From the human T2T-CHM13v2.0 reference genome, Homo sapiens, in NCBI RefSeq assembly GCF_009914755.1, contig NC_060934.1: DNA of 64,000 nt, one strand, 5' to 3'. Positions 53,235 through 64,000 of the stretch are shown one piece after another. How positions within the stretch are numbered: position 1 is the stretch's first letter; each line of letters starts with the position of its first letter. The position numbers and the translations under genes are program-made. The notes beneath the pieces are model-generated. The model was not told the DNA's origin, did not search any database, and worked only from the letters and a program-made list of their open reading frames with translations.

Positions 53235-53935
53235 ACTTGTCTGTTTTTCCCAAATTGATCTATAGATAGAAACAATCTCAATAACATCTAAACACATTAT
53301 TTTATCAATATCAACAAACTGATTCTAAGGTTTGTATAAAGAGGCAAAATACCCAGACAAGTCAACACCAAATTGCAAGAGAAGAAGAAAGTCTGACAAC
53401 TGCTACTATTAAGCATTAAGACTTAAAATAAAGCTCAAATAATCAAGATAGTATAATACTGGCAAAAGGAGAGATGTGTAGATCAATGAAACTGATAGAG
53501 AACCTGGAAATAGACCCACACAAATATAGTCAACTGATCTTTGACAGAGGAGCAAAGGCAATTCACTAGTCTTTTCAAAAGATGGTACTCGAACAACTGA
53601 ACATCCACATATAGAAAAAAAAAATCTAGACACAGACCTTACATCTTTCACAAAAATTAAAACAAAATGTATCATAAACCTAAATGTAAAATCCAGTACT
53701 ATAAAACACAGAGGATAACATAGGAGAAAATCTAGGAGACCTTGGGATTGGTGATGACTTTTTAGATACAACATCAAAAGCATGATCCATGAAAGAAAAA
53801 ATCAATAAATTGGACTTCATTAGATTAAAATCTCTGTTCTTCAAAAGATACTGTTAAGAGGATTAAAAAGATAAGCCAAAGGCTGCAAGAAAATCCTTGC
53901 AAAATATGTATCTGACAAAATGGGTTCAAAATATA
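53235..53935 (+). mobile_element. L1M ORF2 3' fragment
   Basis: GAAATAGACCCACACAAATATAGTCAACTGATCTTTGACA, GATAACATAGGAGAAAATCT. Confidence 0.8.
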
Positions 53936-55477
53936 TAGTTGACCCTGTGGGGGATAGGGGAGTGAGTCTTCCTGCAGTTGAAAATGTGTGTGTAACTTTT
54001 GACTCTCTGAAAACTTAACTGCTAATAGCTTATTGTTGACCAGAAGCCATACTAATAGCATAAACGGTCTATTAACACATATTTATATGTTATATGTATT
54101 ATATACTATATTTTTAGAATAAAGTATCTAGGAAAAAGTTATTAAAAATTATAAGAGAAAATATGTTTACTATTTATTAAGTGGAAGTGGATCATGATAA
54201 AGACCTTCATCCTTATCATTGTCACATGTTGGCTGAGGGCGAGGAAGAAGAGGTGCTGATCTTGCTGTCTCAGGAGTAGCAGAGGCAGAAGAGGTGAAAG
54301 AGGTGGAAGGAGAGGCAGGAGAGGCGGAAAAGGCAGAAATACATCATAATTTCTTTCTGACTTCTTTGCTTTCTCATTTCTCTAAAGAGAATCCTGTACC
54401 AATCCTTCCACCATTTACTTTGGTTTCACTACCTGTATCATAAAAGAGTCCAGATTGTAAAAGAAGTCAAAAGCAGTCTTGGATAATCAGAATCCTTCTT
54501 CCAAGTTGTTTAATGTCGATTTGTTTTCTGGCACTGCTTTTACATCTCCTTCCTTACTCTCTGGCACTGGTTCAGAAGCACTCATCTCCATCAAGACATC
54601 TTCTGTTAATTCTTCTGGTGTGGTGTCTATTAGCTCTTAGGTTTCTCCAAGATCTATGTCTTAAAACTCTTTACTCTGCATCTTTTTTTTTTTTTTTTTT
54701 TTTGGTCACATACATAGTTGCTTTCATGATTTTCTTGATTTACTCTGTTGCAAATTCTACAGGCATGAACAACAACTGAGCAGTTTCTTCCAGCAAGAAT
54801 TTATTCTTTCAGGTTTGATTTGCTTTTACAGCTTTTTATATAACAGCAATAACATTTTTAATGATGTAATCCTATCAGACATTCATGAAGCTCTCTCTAT
54901 TGAGGTTCTCTTCCATAGTACTGATGGTCCTTTCCAGAAAGTACCATTTGTAATGAGCCTTAAAGGTCCTTATGAGCCCCTGATCTAGAGGCTGAATTAG
55001 AGATGTCATTTTTGGGAGCAACACAGACCACTTTGACACCTTCGGCATTGAACTCGTGGGGTTCTTGATGTCCACGGGCACTGTCCAAAATCAAAAGTAC
55101 TTTAAAAGGCAGTCTCTTACTGACAAGGTACTTCCCATCTCTAGGGACAAAACATTGAAGGAACTAATTCAGAGACTAGGTTCTCATTGTCCAGGTCTTC
55201 TTTTTGTACAATCAAAAGACTGGCAACTGGTGTTTATCTTTTGCTTTCAAGGCTCAGGTGTTAGCAGCTTTATAGTTAAGGTCAGTCCTAATGATAAACC
55301 CTATTGCATTTACATGAAACAGAAGAGTTAGCCTTTCCTTTCCTGGCTTAAACCCTGGGGCTAGCTTCTCTTCCTTACTAATAAATATCCCTTGTGCAAT
55401 TATTTTTCCCGAATAGGCACATTAATCTGCATTAAAAATCTGTTTAGGTACATATGCTTTCTCCTCAATGAGTTTCT

Positions 55478-55765
55478 TTTTTTTTTTTTTTTTTTTGAGA
55501 TGGAGTCTCGCTCTGTCATCCAGGCTAGAGTGCAGTGGCGTGATCTCAGCTCACTGCAACCGCTGCCTCGTGGGTTCAAGCAATTCTCTGCCACAGCCTC
55601 CCGAGTAGCTGGGATTACAAGTGCCCACCAGCATGCCCGGCTAACTTCTATATTGTTAGTAGAGATGGGGTTTCACCATCTTAACCAGGCTGGTCTGGAA
55701 ATCCTGACCTTGTGATCTACCTCCCAAAGTGCTGGGATTACAGGCGTGAGCCACCATGCCCGGCC
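55478..55765 (-). mobile_element. AluS (Sg/Sc-like) in Tigger2
   Basis: Dimer with small deletions and poly-T; degenerate TSD ending GTTTCT. Confidence 0.92.
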
Positions 55766-56063
55766 TTCGGTGAGGTTTCTAATGACAACTGGGGACTGCC
55801 TGCTGCCTCTTGCTTAGCAGAACCGCTTCTCCTATTATCTGGACATTTTTAAAGCCAAAACTTTTTCTAGAATTATCAAACCATCCTTTGCTGGCATTAA
55901 ATTCCCTAGCTTTAGATCTTTTACTTTTTATTTTTTTTAAGTTGTCATATAATTACTTTGCTTTTTTTAAATCATGTTAGTGTCTATAGGTATGCCTTTC
56001 TTATAGCACTCCTACACCCACATACAAGCTAACTTTTCATTGCAATATAAAAAGATATTTTGC

Positions 56064-56291
56064 CAGCCTGGACAACATAGCGAGACCTCCGGATCTACAA
56101 AAGTTTTTTAAAAATTAGCCGGTCACCTGTAGTCCTAGCTACTCAGGAGGCTGAGATGGGAATGTTGCCTGAGCCTAGGAAGTCAAGGCTGCAGGGAGGG
56201 GTGCTTGAGCCTAGGAGGTCAAGGATGCAGTGGGCCACGATTGTGCCACGCACTCCAGCCTGAAGGACAAAGCAAGACTGTCTCAAAGAAT
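56064..56291 (+). mobile_element. 5'-truncated AluJ with internal duplication, in Tigger2
   Basis: TSD AAAG(A/G)TATTTTGC at 56051-56063 and 56292-56304. Confidence 0.85.
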
Positions 56292-58297
56292 AAAGGTATT
56301 TTGCAAAAAGTGCATGGTTTTCACAGCTACTAGCATAATGATGGCAGCAACAGCCTCATAAATTTCATTTTTTTTTCTTACAATGCTTCTTTTGCTGAAT
56401 TGATTCCTCTTGAAATGACAAGCAACTGCAGCTTCAGACCTCAATCTATAGTACATATTAAGCAATTCAACTCTTTCTTGTAATGTCATGACTTTTCTCT
56501 GCTTCTTAGGAGCATTTCCAGAATCTCCAGTGGCACTTTATATGGGTTCCATGGTGTTATTCAAAGTTTATAATAATTTCATTAATATGATGAAAGATAC
56601 ACAGAACTACGACAGGTCGCTTTTTACCGTGATATGCAATTTAATGGAGAGACAAACTGCTCACGCAGAGATAATGAGTATCACATGGCATTTTAAGCAG
56701 ATACTTGCAACACTTGAGCTCATCAGATAGCAACAGAAGGTGGCTATGAAATTATTACAGTAGTACAGTATGCACTACAGTTAATTTTATAGTTATGATT
56801 TAATACTTCATCTTTATGGTTTGCTTACATTTCTCTTTACTGTGAATGACCCCACATATGGTCTTTAAGTGTCTGTGTGTAATTTATTATAAATTTTAAC
56901 TTTTAGCAATAATTGTGTACATATTTTATGGTAGTAAATGATAAAATAGACTATTATCAACATACATGTTATGCATTAATGACATACGTAACTTTTTCTG
57001 AATTTTTTTATATTGCTGGGTTTTGTGGTTTGTCTGCAAGTTTTAAGTTGTTATAAATGTCCAAAAATTTTCCAATATATTTATTGAAAAAAAAATTTGT
57101 GTGTAAGTGGACTCGTGGTTCACACCCACGTTATTCAAGGGTCAAGTGTATGTCATTCTAAATTACAGACCATTTCAATCAATGCCTAAAAATTGGCTCT
57201 TAGGATTATATGTGGCAGCCACCACAGAAAATTTTCTGGCCTAAGATTCCAACAGAAGGAAGAGAGAGATAAAAACAAACAAAACAAACACAGGAAATAT
57301 GTACATTTAGTTAGGGTAAGCAGCCTTAAGTATGTCAATGGAATAAAATTTTTAATGAATAACAGTCCTATATAATAACCTGATAATACAATTGTATTGA
57401 ATTATCAAAATAAAAAGGTGAAATAGGAACCATGCATTTTAAGAAAATGTTTTAAAACAACTCTTATATAAATACTTAGAGTAAGAATTTACATTTAAAT
57501 GTTGAGTTTCAGTTGCCTAGATAATTCAGTTATGTGGAAAAACTACTTATTATATTACTATAAATAATCATGCTGAAATTCTGTGCCCTTTTTTGAAACA
57601 GGGTAAAAATAATCAACTTTTTCAAATGTGTCTGGTATTTTAGCAGTGACTTAAGTTATCTGTCATGATTTTATTGAAAAATTACTAAAAAAGTAAACAT
57701 AACCTCATATAGATTTACTCTGTGGCTATTTTGTAGTAGTTCAAGAATTACATCTTTAAAACGTATCATTGAACACTATTCCTGCTGCTTTAAGCAACAG
57801 AGTCAGCCAGAAAATAGAAGCGGATACTGACTTCACGTTGAGGGAAGATGCTAGATCCCTAGGAGGAATGATGTAAACCCTGTCCTGAAGGCAACAGCCC
57901 TTAGGACGAAAACATACAGAATCAAGAATGAAGCTCTTTCTTGCCTGAAGGCAATTCATCATCTATTTCTTTACATTGTAAACTCTCAAAGTCTTCTGCA
58001 ACTGAGAAAACATCCAATTAAAATAATTCACTGTCATTTATAATCCTTGGGCTCCCATTATGTACATGCCATTTTAGTAATGATGATATAACATTTACTA
58101 TTAGGGATTTAAGGATAAACTTATTAAGAAAATCAAACTTCTCTATGTGTTACCTTCTGGGAAAATATGAAGAATCTATTTTATTTTTTCTAAATCTACT
58201 TACTGTAAGTTTTATAGATACAGCCTTTAGCGTTCAATCAATCTGCCTGTCTGTATGCACTAGTATATGTGTGTATACATGTAGTGATGATAAATAC

Positions 58298-58373
58298 ATG
58301 ATAGATAGATGATTGATAGAAGACAGATTGATAGCTAGCTAGATAGATAGATATAGATAGGCAGACAGATAGG
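58298..58373. repeat. Degenerate (GATA)n/(GACA)n tetranucleotide repeat
   Basis: GATAGATAGATGATTGATAGA...GATAGATAGATATAGATAGGCAGACAGATAGG. Confidence 0.85.
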
Positions 58374-59249
58374 CATATCCATGAAGTTCTTCTTGTATCT
58401 AGATAAAGTCATTTTAACACATGATCGCTAACCTCCATTGATAAAATAACCACTGCCTACCATGCTTCTCCTCTAACACTTTCTAAATAGCACGTTTTGT
58501 GCTTCAAGGTGTGAGCCCGAGTGGGAGCCAGGGCCATTGGTGTCACAAATAATCAAGGCCACTTTCTGTGGCTTTGCCATGCCCTGTGATACACTCTTTG
58601 GGCTGCTGATATTGCTCTATGATATTGCCTTCCCTTTCTAGGGTCAGAATTCAGCCTGTGCAGAGAAGCCCTGCGTCCAAAGGGTTCCTCATGAAGTGGA
58701 CTGGGAGTTCCACCTCATGGCCCCCTCTCCTTCCCTAAGTAGATATGCAAGCCAAGGTCTAGGGTAGAATGAGTTCATAAAACAACTTCAAATTGGATTC
58801 AGGACAACTAAGTATTTTGGATATCTAGTCTCTCTGGCTGTTTAGTTTGTGACAGATTCCTGTTTTTGCTATGGGCATTTTTCTTCTCTCAGGCTCCACT
58901 TAAGGCTTGAATTGCATGTCTTGGCACTTTAGTTATGACTTGATGCTTTAAATCTGTGCTCCAAAGTAACATACTAAAATAACGAAGTTGTATTCAGTTT
59001 TTCTCTATATATTGTATTATATTATTTATAATATAAAGATGATTTTGTTGGAGGAAATTCAATTAATCATCCTGTATTCAAACTCTCTTTTGGTGTGAAT
59101 TTCAGAAATATTAATATTTTTTAATTATGTTGGGATTATCTATGTGAAAACATGTCAATCTGCAAAGACATAATGTAGTGCTTTGAGGTTTATCTTGGGC
59201 CTAGTTTAATTTTTACTCTCTTCGATTTAAACACTCTAAATGTTTGTAT

Positions 59250-59610
59250 TTCAACTGACTTAGTAAGCAGAATTAGGTCACACCGACACCATCTAGTCAG
59301 TAGTAGAAACTGCATTCAAACACAGTCTCTATGCCTTAATAACTATCTCTGTGACCGTGTAGCACCTTCTTCAGTAATGGAAGGCGCTTCTGTAACTTTG
59401 CTTGTATCTCTCCACCATATGGTTTCCATCAGAGACAGAAACCTGTGCCAGACAGCGTGTTGCATGAACAGATGCAGTCCCACACTATAAATATTTATTC
59501 CTTCCAGAGACAGCACACACGTGTTCACAAAGTTCACACAACTATTAAGCGATTGAGCCAAGATTCGATTCAGGTACACTAATTCTAGACTTTTCATCCT
59601 TGTCTACTCT
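59250..59610 (-). mobile_element. Two MIR fragments (~59250-59345 and ~59522-59610)
   Basis: AAGTTCACACAACTATTAAGCGATTGAGCCAAGATTCGA and GCATTCAAACACAGTCT resemble the reversed MIR core. Confidence 0.4.
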
Positions 59611-59923
59611 GTTATTCTACGTAGATTACTTCAGGCAGTGATAAACATATGCATACATACAAACTGAATTTTAGTTTTTAATCACATTTTGGAAAAATGA
59701 AATATTTTAAAAGTTTAAACATTGTTTTCAGCAAGTATTAATGATTAGGATATAAGAAATTTCATATTTACATTTTTTTTCCAGAAAGGGAAATACTAAA
59801 CATTTTCTTTAGCTTTAGCTCATAAGAGTACTTTTTATTCAAATTTATCAAGAGACAATGGCCAGGTTAGGGGTTTCTTAAAGATGTGGACTTGCAAGGG
59901 GGTCATTTGAAAATGGGACCTGC

Positions 59924-60229
59924 AGCCAGGCATAGTGGCTTATACCTGTAATTCCAGCACTTTGGGAGGTCGAGGCGAGTGGATCATTTGAGCTCAGGAA
60001 TTCAAGACCAGCCTGGCCAACATAGCAAAACCCTGTCTCTACTAAAAATAAAAAAATTAGCCGGGTGGGTAGTGACGCATGCCTGTAATCCCAGCTACTT
60101 GGGAGGCTGAGGCAAAATAATTGCTTGAGCCTGGGAGACGGAGATTGCCTGTGAGCCGAGATTGCGCCACTGCTCTCCAGTCTGGGTGACAGAGTGAGAC
60201 CTTGTCTCCAAAAGAAAAAAAAAGAAAAA
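59924..60229 (+). mobile_element. Alu (Sz/Jb-like)
   Basis: Full dimer; TSD GAAA(A/C)TGGGAC(C/T)TG at 59909-59922 and 60230-60243. Confidence 0.93.
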
Positions 60230-60512
60230 GAAACTGGGACTTGAAACTGATCACTCCAATACCCTGAACATTAGCCAACATCAAGGCAACATAAATTCAC
60301 CCATTTTAATATTCTTTCCAGATTTTTATAATATAAAAACTACATTTTTTTCATTTAGACCAAAACAATCATAAGTTAGAGAATATTTAACTCCAAAACA
60401 CACATATCATGTGACTTAACAGTACATTATTATGATATTCCAATGAAACAATGTCTCGGACTTGATGAGGAGTTTTGGAAACCAAACGGGAGATTAAAAG
60501 ATATATTTAAAT

Positions 60513-60728
60513 CAGGGTTTCTCAATGCTGGCACATGGATGTTTTTGGCTGAATACTTCTTTATTGTGGAGGTTTGTCCTGTGCATTGCAGGATGTTTGG
60601 CAGAATTCTTGGCATCCACCAACTAGATGCCAATAACATTTCCCTCCAAGATATAGCAATAGAAAATGTCCGAAAGCATTGCTAAATGTCTTCTAGGGTG
60701 CAAAATCAGCTCTGGTAAAGAACCACTG
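60513..60728. mobile_element. MER20 (hAT-Charlie MITE)
   Basis: CAGGGTTTCTCAA...AGAACCACTG TIRs; TGTCCTGTGCATTGCAGGATGTTT; CCAACTAGATGCCA; 8-bp flanks ATTTAAAT/TTCTAAAT. Confidence 0.85.
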
Positions 60729-62132
60729 TTCTAAATGTTTATATCTGTGCAAACAATAAGCAAAAGCAAACTAACTAAAATTTTGTCATAAAGAAAAGGT
60801 ACAATTTCATGGGAAAAATTCTCTCTTAAAGTATTAGCCCTGAAGGGTTAGTTAATATTTTATTATAAATAATTGAGAACATTATATGAAATATACTGTT
60901 TTTAAAATATATATAAATATGCAACATATGTATAAGATAAAGGTAATGAAATTATAATTTAATTTGTATGTACTGATAGAATTTTTCTGTCAAACACAGC
61001 AAAGGCTTTATTTTCTTACTCCATATTACTCAGATTTTAATTTTGCTTTGATTTTCAAACCAAGATTACATATGTGTTTAGAGCATATACTTCTAGGTAG
61101 AAGCATATCTATTTTAAGGAAGATTTAATTCAAAGGAATCATTAATTTACTTAAATGTCAGAGAGATAGATTGTTCTATGGAAGTCTTATAAGTAGTTAA
61201 ATAGATTTAAGTGCAAACTATGTAATATCTCATATATAAGGTGGACTCTCATCCAAAAATTAGTGACTTAATAAAGATTCAGTGGAAATTTGACCATGAA
61301 TATTTCAACGTTCTTTTTCTCTATTTTATTCTCCTTTGTGTATGATATAAATGACACATTAACGGTAGCAAGTCTCTAGTCTATTAGAATCTTTAGTAAA
61401 AGACACTTCATTTATCCTGATGATCACACTTCCTTTTATAAGCCAGTTGCCCTTGACCAGATATTCTTCTGACCCCTACCTTAAATGACAAACTCTGTTT
61501 CTCAATGTCATTTCATGTCCTGCCTTTATTATTTATGACCCTACATAGGTAATCTCCCTATTTATAAGGCTGATATTTCAAATAATAAATGTGCTAAATT
61601 ACAGCTCAGTATTTTAGGCAGACAGAACAGAACGTTTGTGGGCTTTGAAGAATCACATCAGGAATGGAGGTTCCTCTGCCACTGCTGCAGATCATTAATG
61701 CTTAAGCTATTGATTCTTTAGTCAAACTATTACAAGTCCGAAGCTTGACACAACATCCTTAATAAATGCTTTGTAAGTAGAGAATTTGCTCTTGTTTGCT
61801 TTTGTGTTGATTTCTTAAGACCAGTGGATAAGTTGATTGCTTAGACAAGTCTAGCCTTTAAATGCTTTATGTTTACATGCAGAAACAGCCATCGCATTCC
61901 TGTCATTTATCATTTAGTAAACAGTATTGTCCATTTCTTTTTCTTCCTTCTGCTTTATCATATTAAAAATCATTAGTTTCTTAATCAATTCAGTGATAAT
62001 TAACTTTCCTAGGATGTGTCATAGCACATGCCTACAATGTCTAGCATAGTATGTACAATAATTAGTGACCAGTAAATACTATATGACTGTACAGAATTTC
62101 AGAGAAAAAAAACATTTAAGAAACCATGCACT

Positions 62133-62422
62133 GGCCAGGCACGGTGGCTCACACCTGTAATCCCAGCACTTTGGGAGCCTGAGGTGAGTGGGTCACAAGG
62201 TCAGGAGATCGAGACCATCCTGGCTAACACAGTGAATCCCCGTCTCTACCAAAAATACAAAAAATTAGCCGGGCGTGGTGGCAAGCACCTGTAGTCTTGT
62301 TGGAAGGCTGAGGCAGGAGAATGGCATGAACCCAGGAGGCGGAGCTTGCAGTGAGCCGAGATCGCGCCACTGCACTCCAGCCTGGGAGACAGAGCAAGAC
62401 TCCTTCTCAAAAAAAAAAAAAA
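62133..62422 (+). mobile_element. AluY
   Basis: GAATGGCATGAAC and GGAGCTTGCAG diagnostics; TSD AAACCATGCACT at 62121-62132 and 62423-62434. Confidence 0.95.
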
Positions 62423-62434
62423 AAACCATGCACT

Positions 62435-62483
62435 TGTACACACACACACACACACACGTGTGTGTGTGTGTGTGTATATATAT
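62435..62483. repeat. Alternating purine-pyrimidine tract (CA)n-CG-(TG)n-(TA)n containing a 36-bp palindrome
   Basis: Perfect inverted repeat 62440-62475 centred on CG at 62457-62458. Confidence 0.95.
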
Positions 62484-63300
62484 TTATACAGGTTTTTAAA
62501 ACTGTGCTAGTTTATCAACAATGGAACATGGATTACATAAAGAGCATGAGGTCAGGTTTTCAGAAATTAATGCTGTCCGTCAAAGTAATTTTCAGCAGCT
62601 TAAGGATTGTCACACATATTTCTTGAAATCCCTAAGATTCTTTCTACCATTTAAAAATATGTTTGTAATTATCTGTTATGGATTGTTATTATCCATAACT
62701 GATTAACCATTGTCAAATTTGGGCCGGATGAAGTAAAATAGCATACATTTCATTTCACCTTTGATGAAATGGTTCCCCTGATTGAAGTGACCAAACTCAC
62801 CCATATGTGCCATTTTGAAACCTCAGTAAAGGTTTAAGGATATAGTGTTAGTTTTAGTTAGTTAAAATTTGTTAGTTTTATTTATTTTTTTCAATAAACA
62901 GATTGCTAATGTACTGTTTTTCACAATTCATCCAGGGAATCATATTAAAACTTCTAATTATTTAATTAGTCTATTATGTAACAAGCTGATCCTTGATGAG
63001 AAAGAGTGAAGGGCAGCCGTATTTAATGCCTTTGGAAGGCATTTGTTAGGATAAGTATTTGAAGTGCCTCCACATGCATACTATTGTAGTTAAGAAGGAA
63101 ATTAGATGATTAAAAAGAGAAATAATACACATTTAATGTAAGCTGCTGTTGAGTACAGGAAGCAACAAAAGCTAAATTCCTTGCAAAGTTGCTGCTTCTT
63201 TAAATGATAATTTAGGCACATGCATAGCCTAAAACAAAAGTCAAATAATGCCCTAACAATGCATTTCATCAGACTCTGGCAACAAGAAACAGGTAATTGA

Positions 63301-63682
<382 letters not shown>

Positions 63683-63728
63683 ATCTTACCATTCTTTATG
63701 TGTGAAGCTGATGAAGCTAAAAGAGTTG

Positions 63729-63739
63729 TGCTGACTCAT
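63729..63739 (-). promoter_or_regulatory. Consensus NF-E2/NRF2/BACH1-sMAF element (ARE)
   Basis: TGCTGACTCAT, i.e. ATGAGTCAGCA on minus; full match to RTGASTCAGCA. Confidence 0.35.
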
Positions 63740-64000
63740 GCAGTATCATACAGCATTCGGCCAACCTCTGTGACTCTTGGTTTACCAATCTCTTTATATA
63801 CCAGTGTGAAAACTGTAGCCAATAATACGGACCTTCCTTGCATGAACTTTAGCATACAAGTCAATTAAAAAGATCAAACTTTAATATATACATTGTCACT
63901 GTTTTCTAACAGCAAAGCTTTATTTTAAAAATAATATCTGATTGTTTCCAATTTTAAAAAAGATAAAACACAAATTTAACCAGAATTACCCTAACATTTG

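Larger units (their letters stand above)
53936..57148 (-). mobile_element. Near-full-length Tigger2 (Tc1/mariner, pogo-like) with decayed transposase
   Basis: TIRs TAGTTGACCCT...AGGGTCAAGTG with TA flanks; ~2.7 kb after removing two Alus; HTH remnant MTLQERVELLNMYYRLRSEAAVACHF (56283-56489) and DDE-region TSLIQPLDQGLIRTFKAHY (54875-55081). Confidence 0.88.

Noticed and set aside
54875-56489. Tigger2 transposase as a domesticated TIGD/CENP-B-like gene
   Set aside because: Only ~68-aa fragments remain, two Alus interrupt the coding region, and the TIRs are still present.
57756-57962. CpG-containing unique stretch with short ORFs
   Set aside because: No recognisable protein similarity or consistent splice sites.

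Overview
AT-rich primate (very probably human) genomic DNA with no recognisable protein-coding exon, RNA gene or CpG island. Roughly two thirds is interspersed repeat: a near-full-length inactive L1PA (1-7283, minus, interrupted by three Alus), several older L1M and L2 relics, about 19 Alu copies or fragments, about 15 solo LTRs or LTR fragments (including a well-preserved HERV-E LTR2 with a perfect TSD), a near-full-length Tigger2, and Charlie1, MER5A, MER20 and MER53 remnants. The ORFs in the supplied track are repeat-derived or look like chance. I found no convincing new biological system. The best observations concern mutational mechanism and regulation: (i) a 74-bp insertion in an old L1 carrying a 21-bp exact copy of sequence 1,260 bp upstream (templated-repair scar); (ii) a TSD-flanked L1MA whose 5'UTR is joined directly to the 3' part of ORF2 (possible spliced retrocopy); (iii) a CTCF-like motif in a CpG-retaining unique patch; (iv) a spacer-less 36-bp (CA)n/(TG)n palindrome; (v) a tiny Alu whose TSD shows reciprocal CpG decay. 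Repeat subfamily names come from memory of the consensus sequences and need RepeatMasker/Dfam confirmation. Boundaries of old repeats are approximate.
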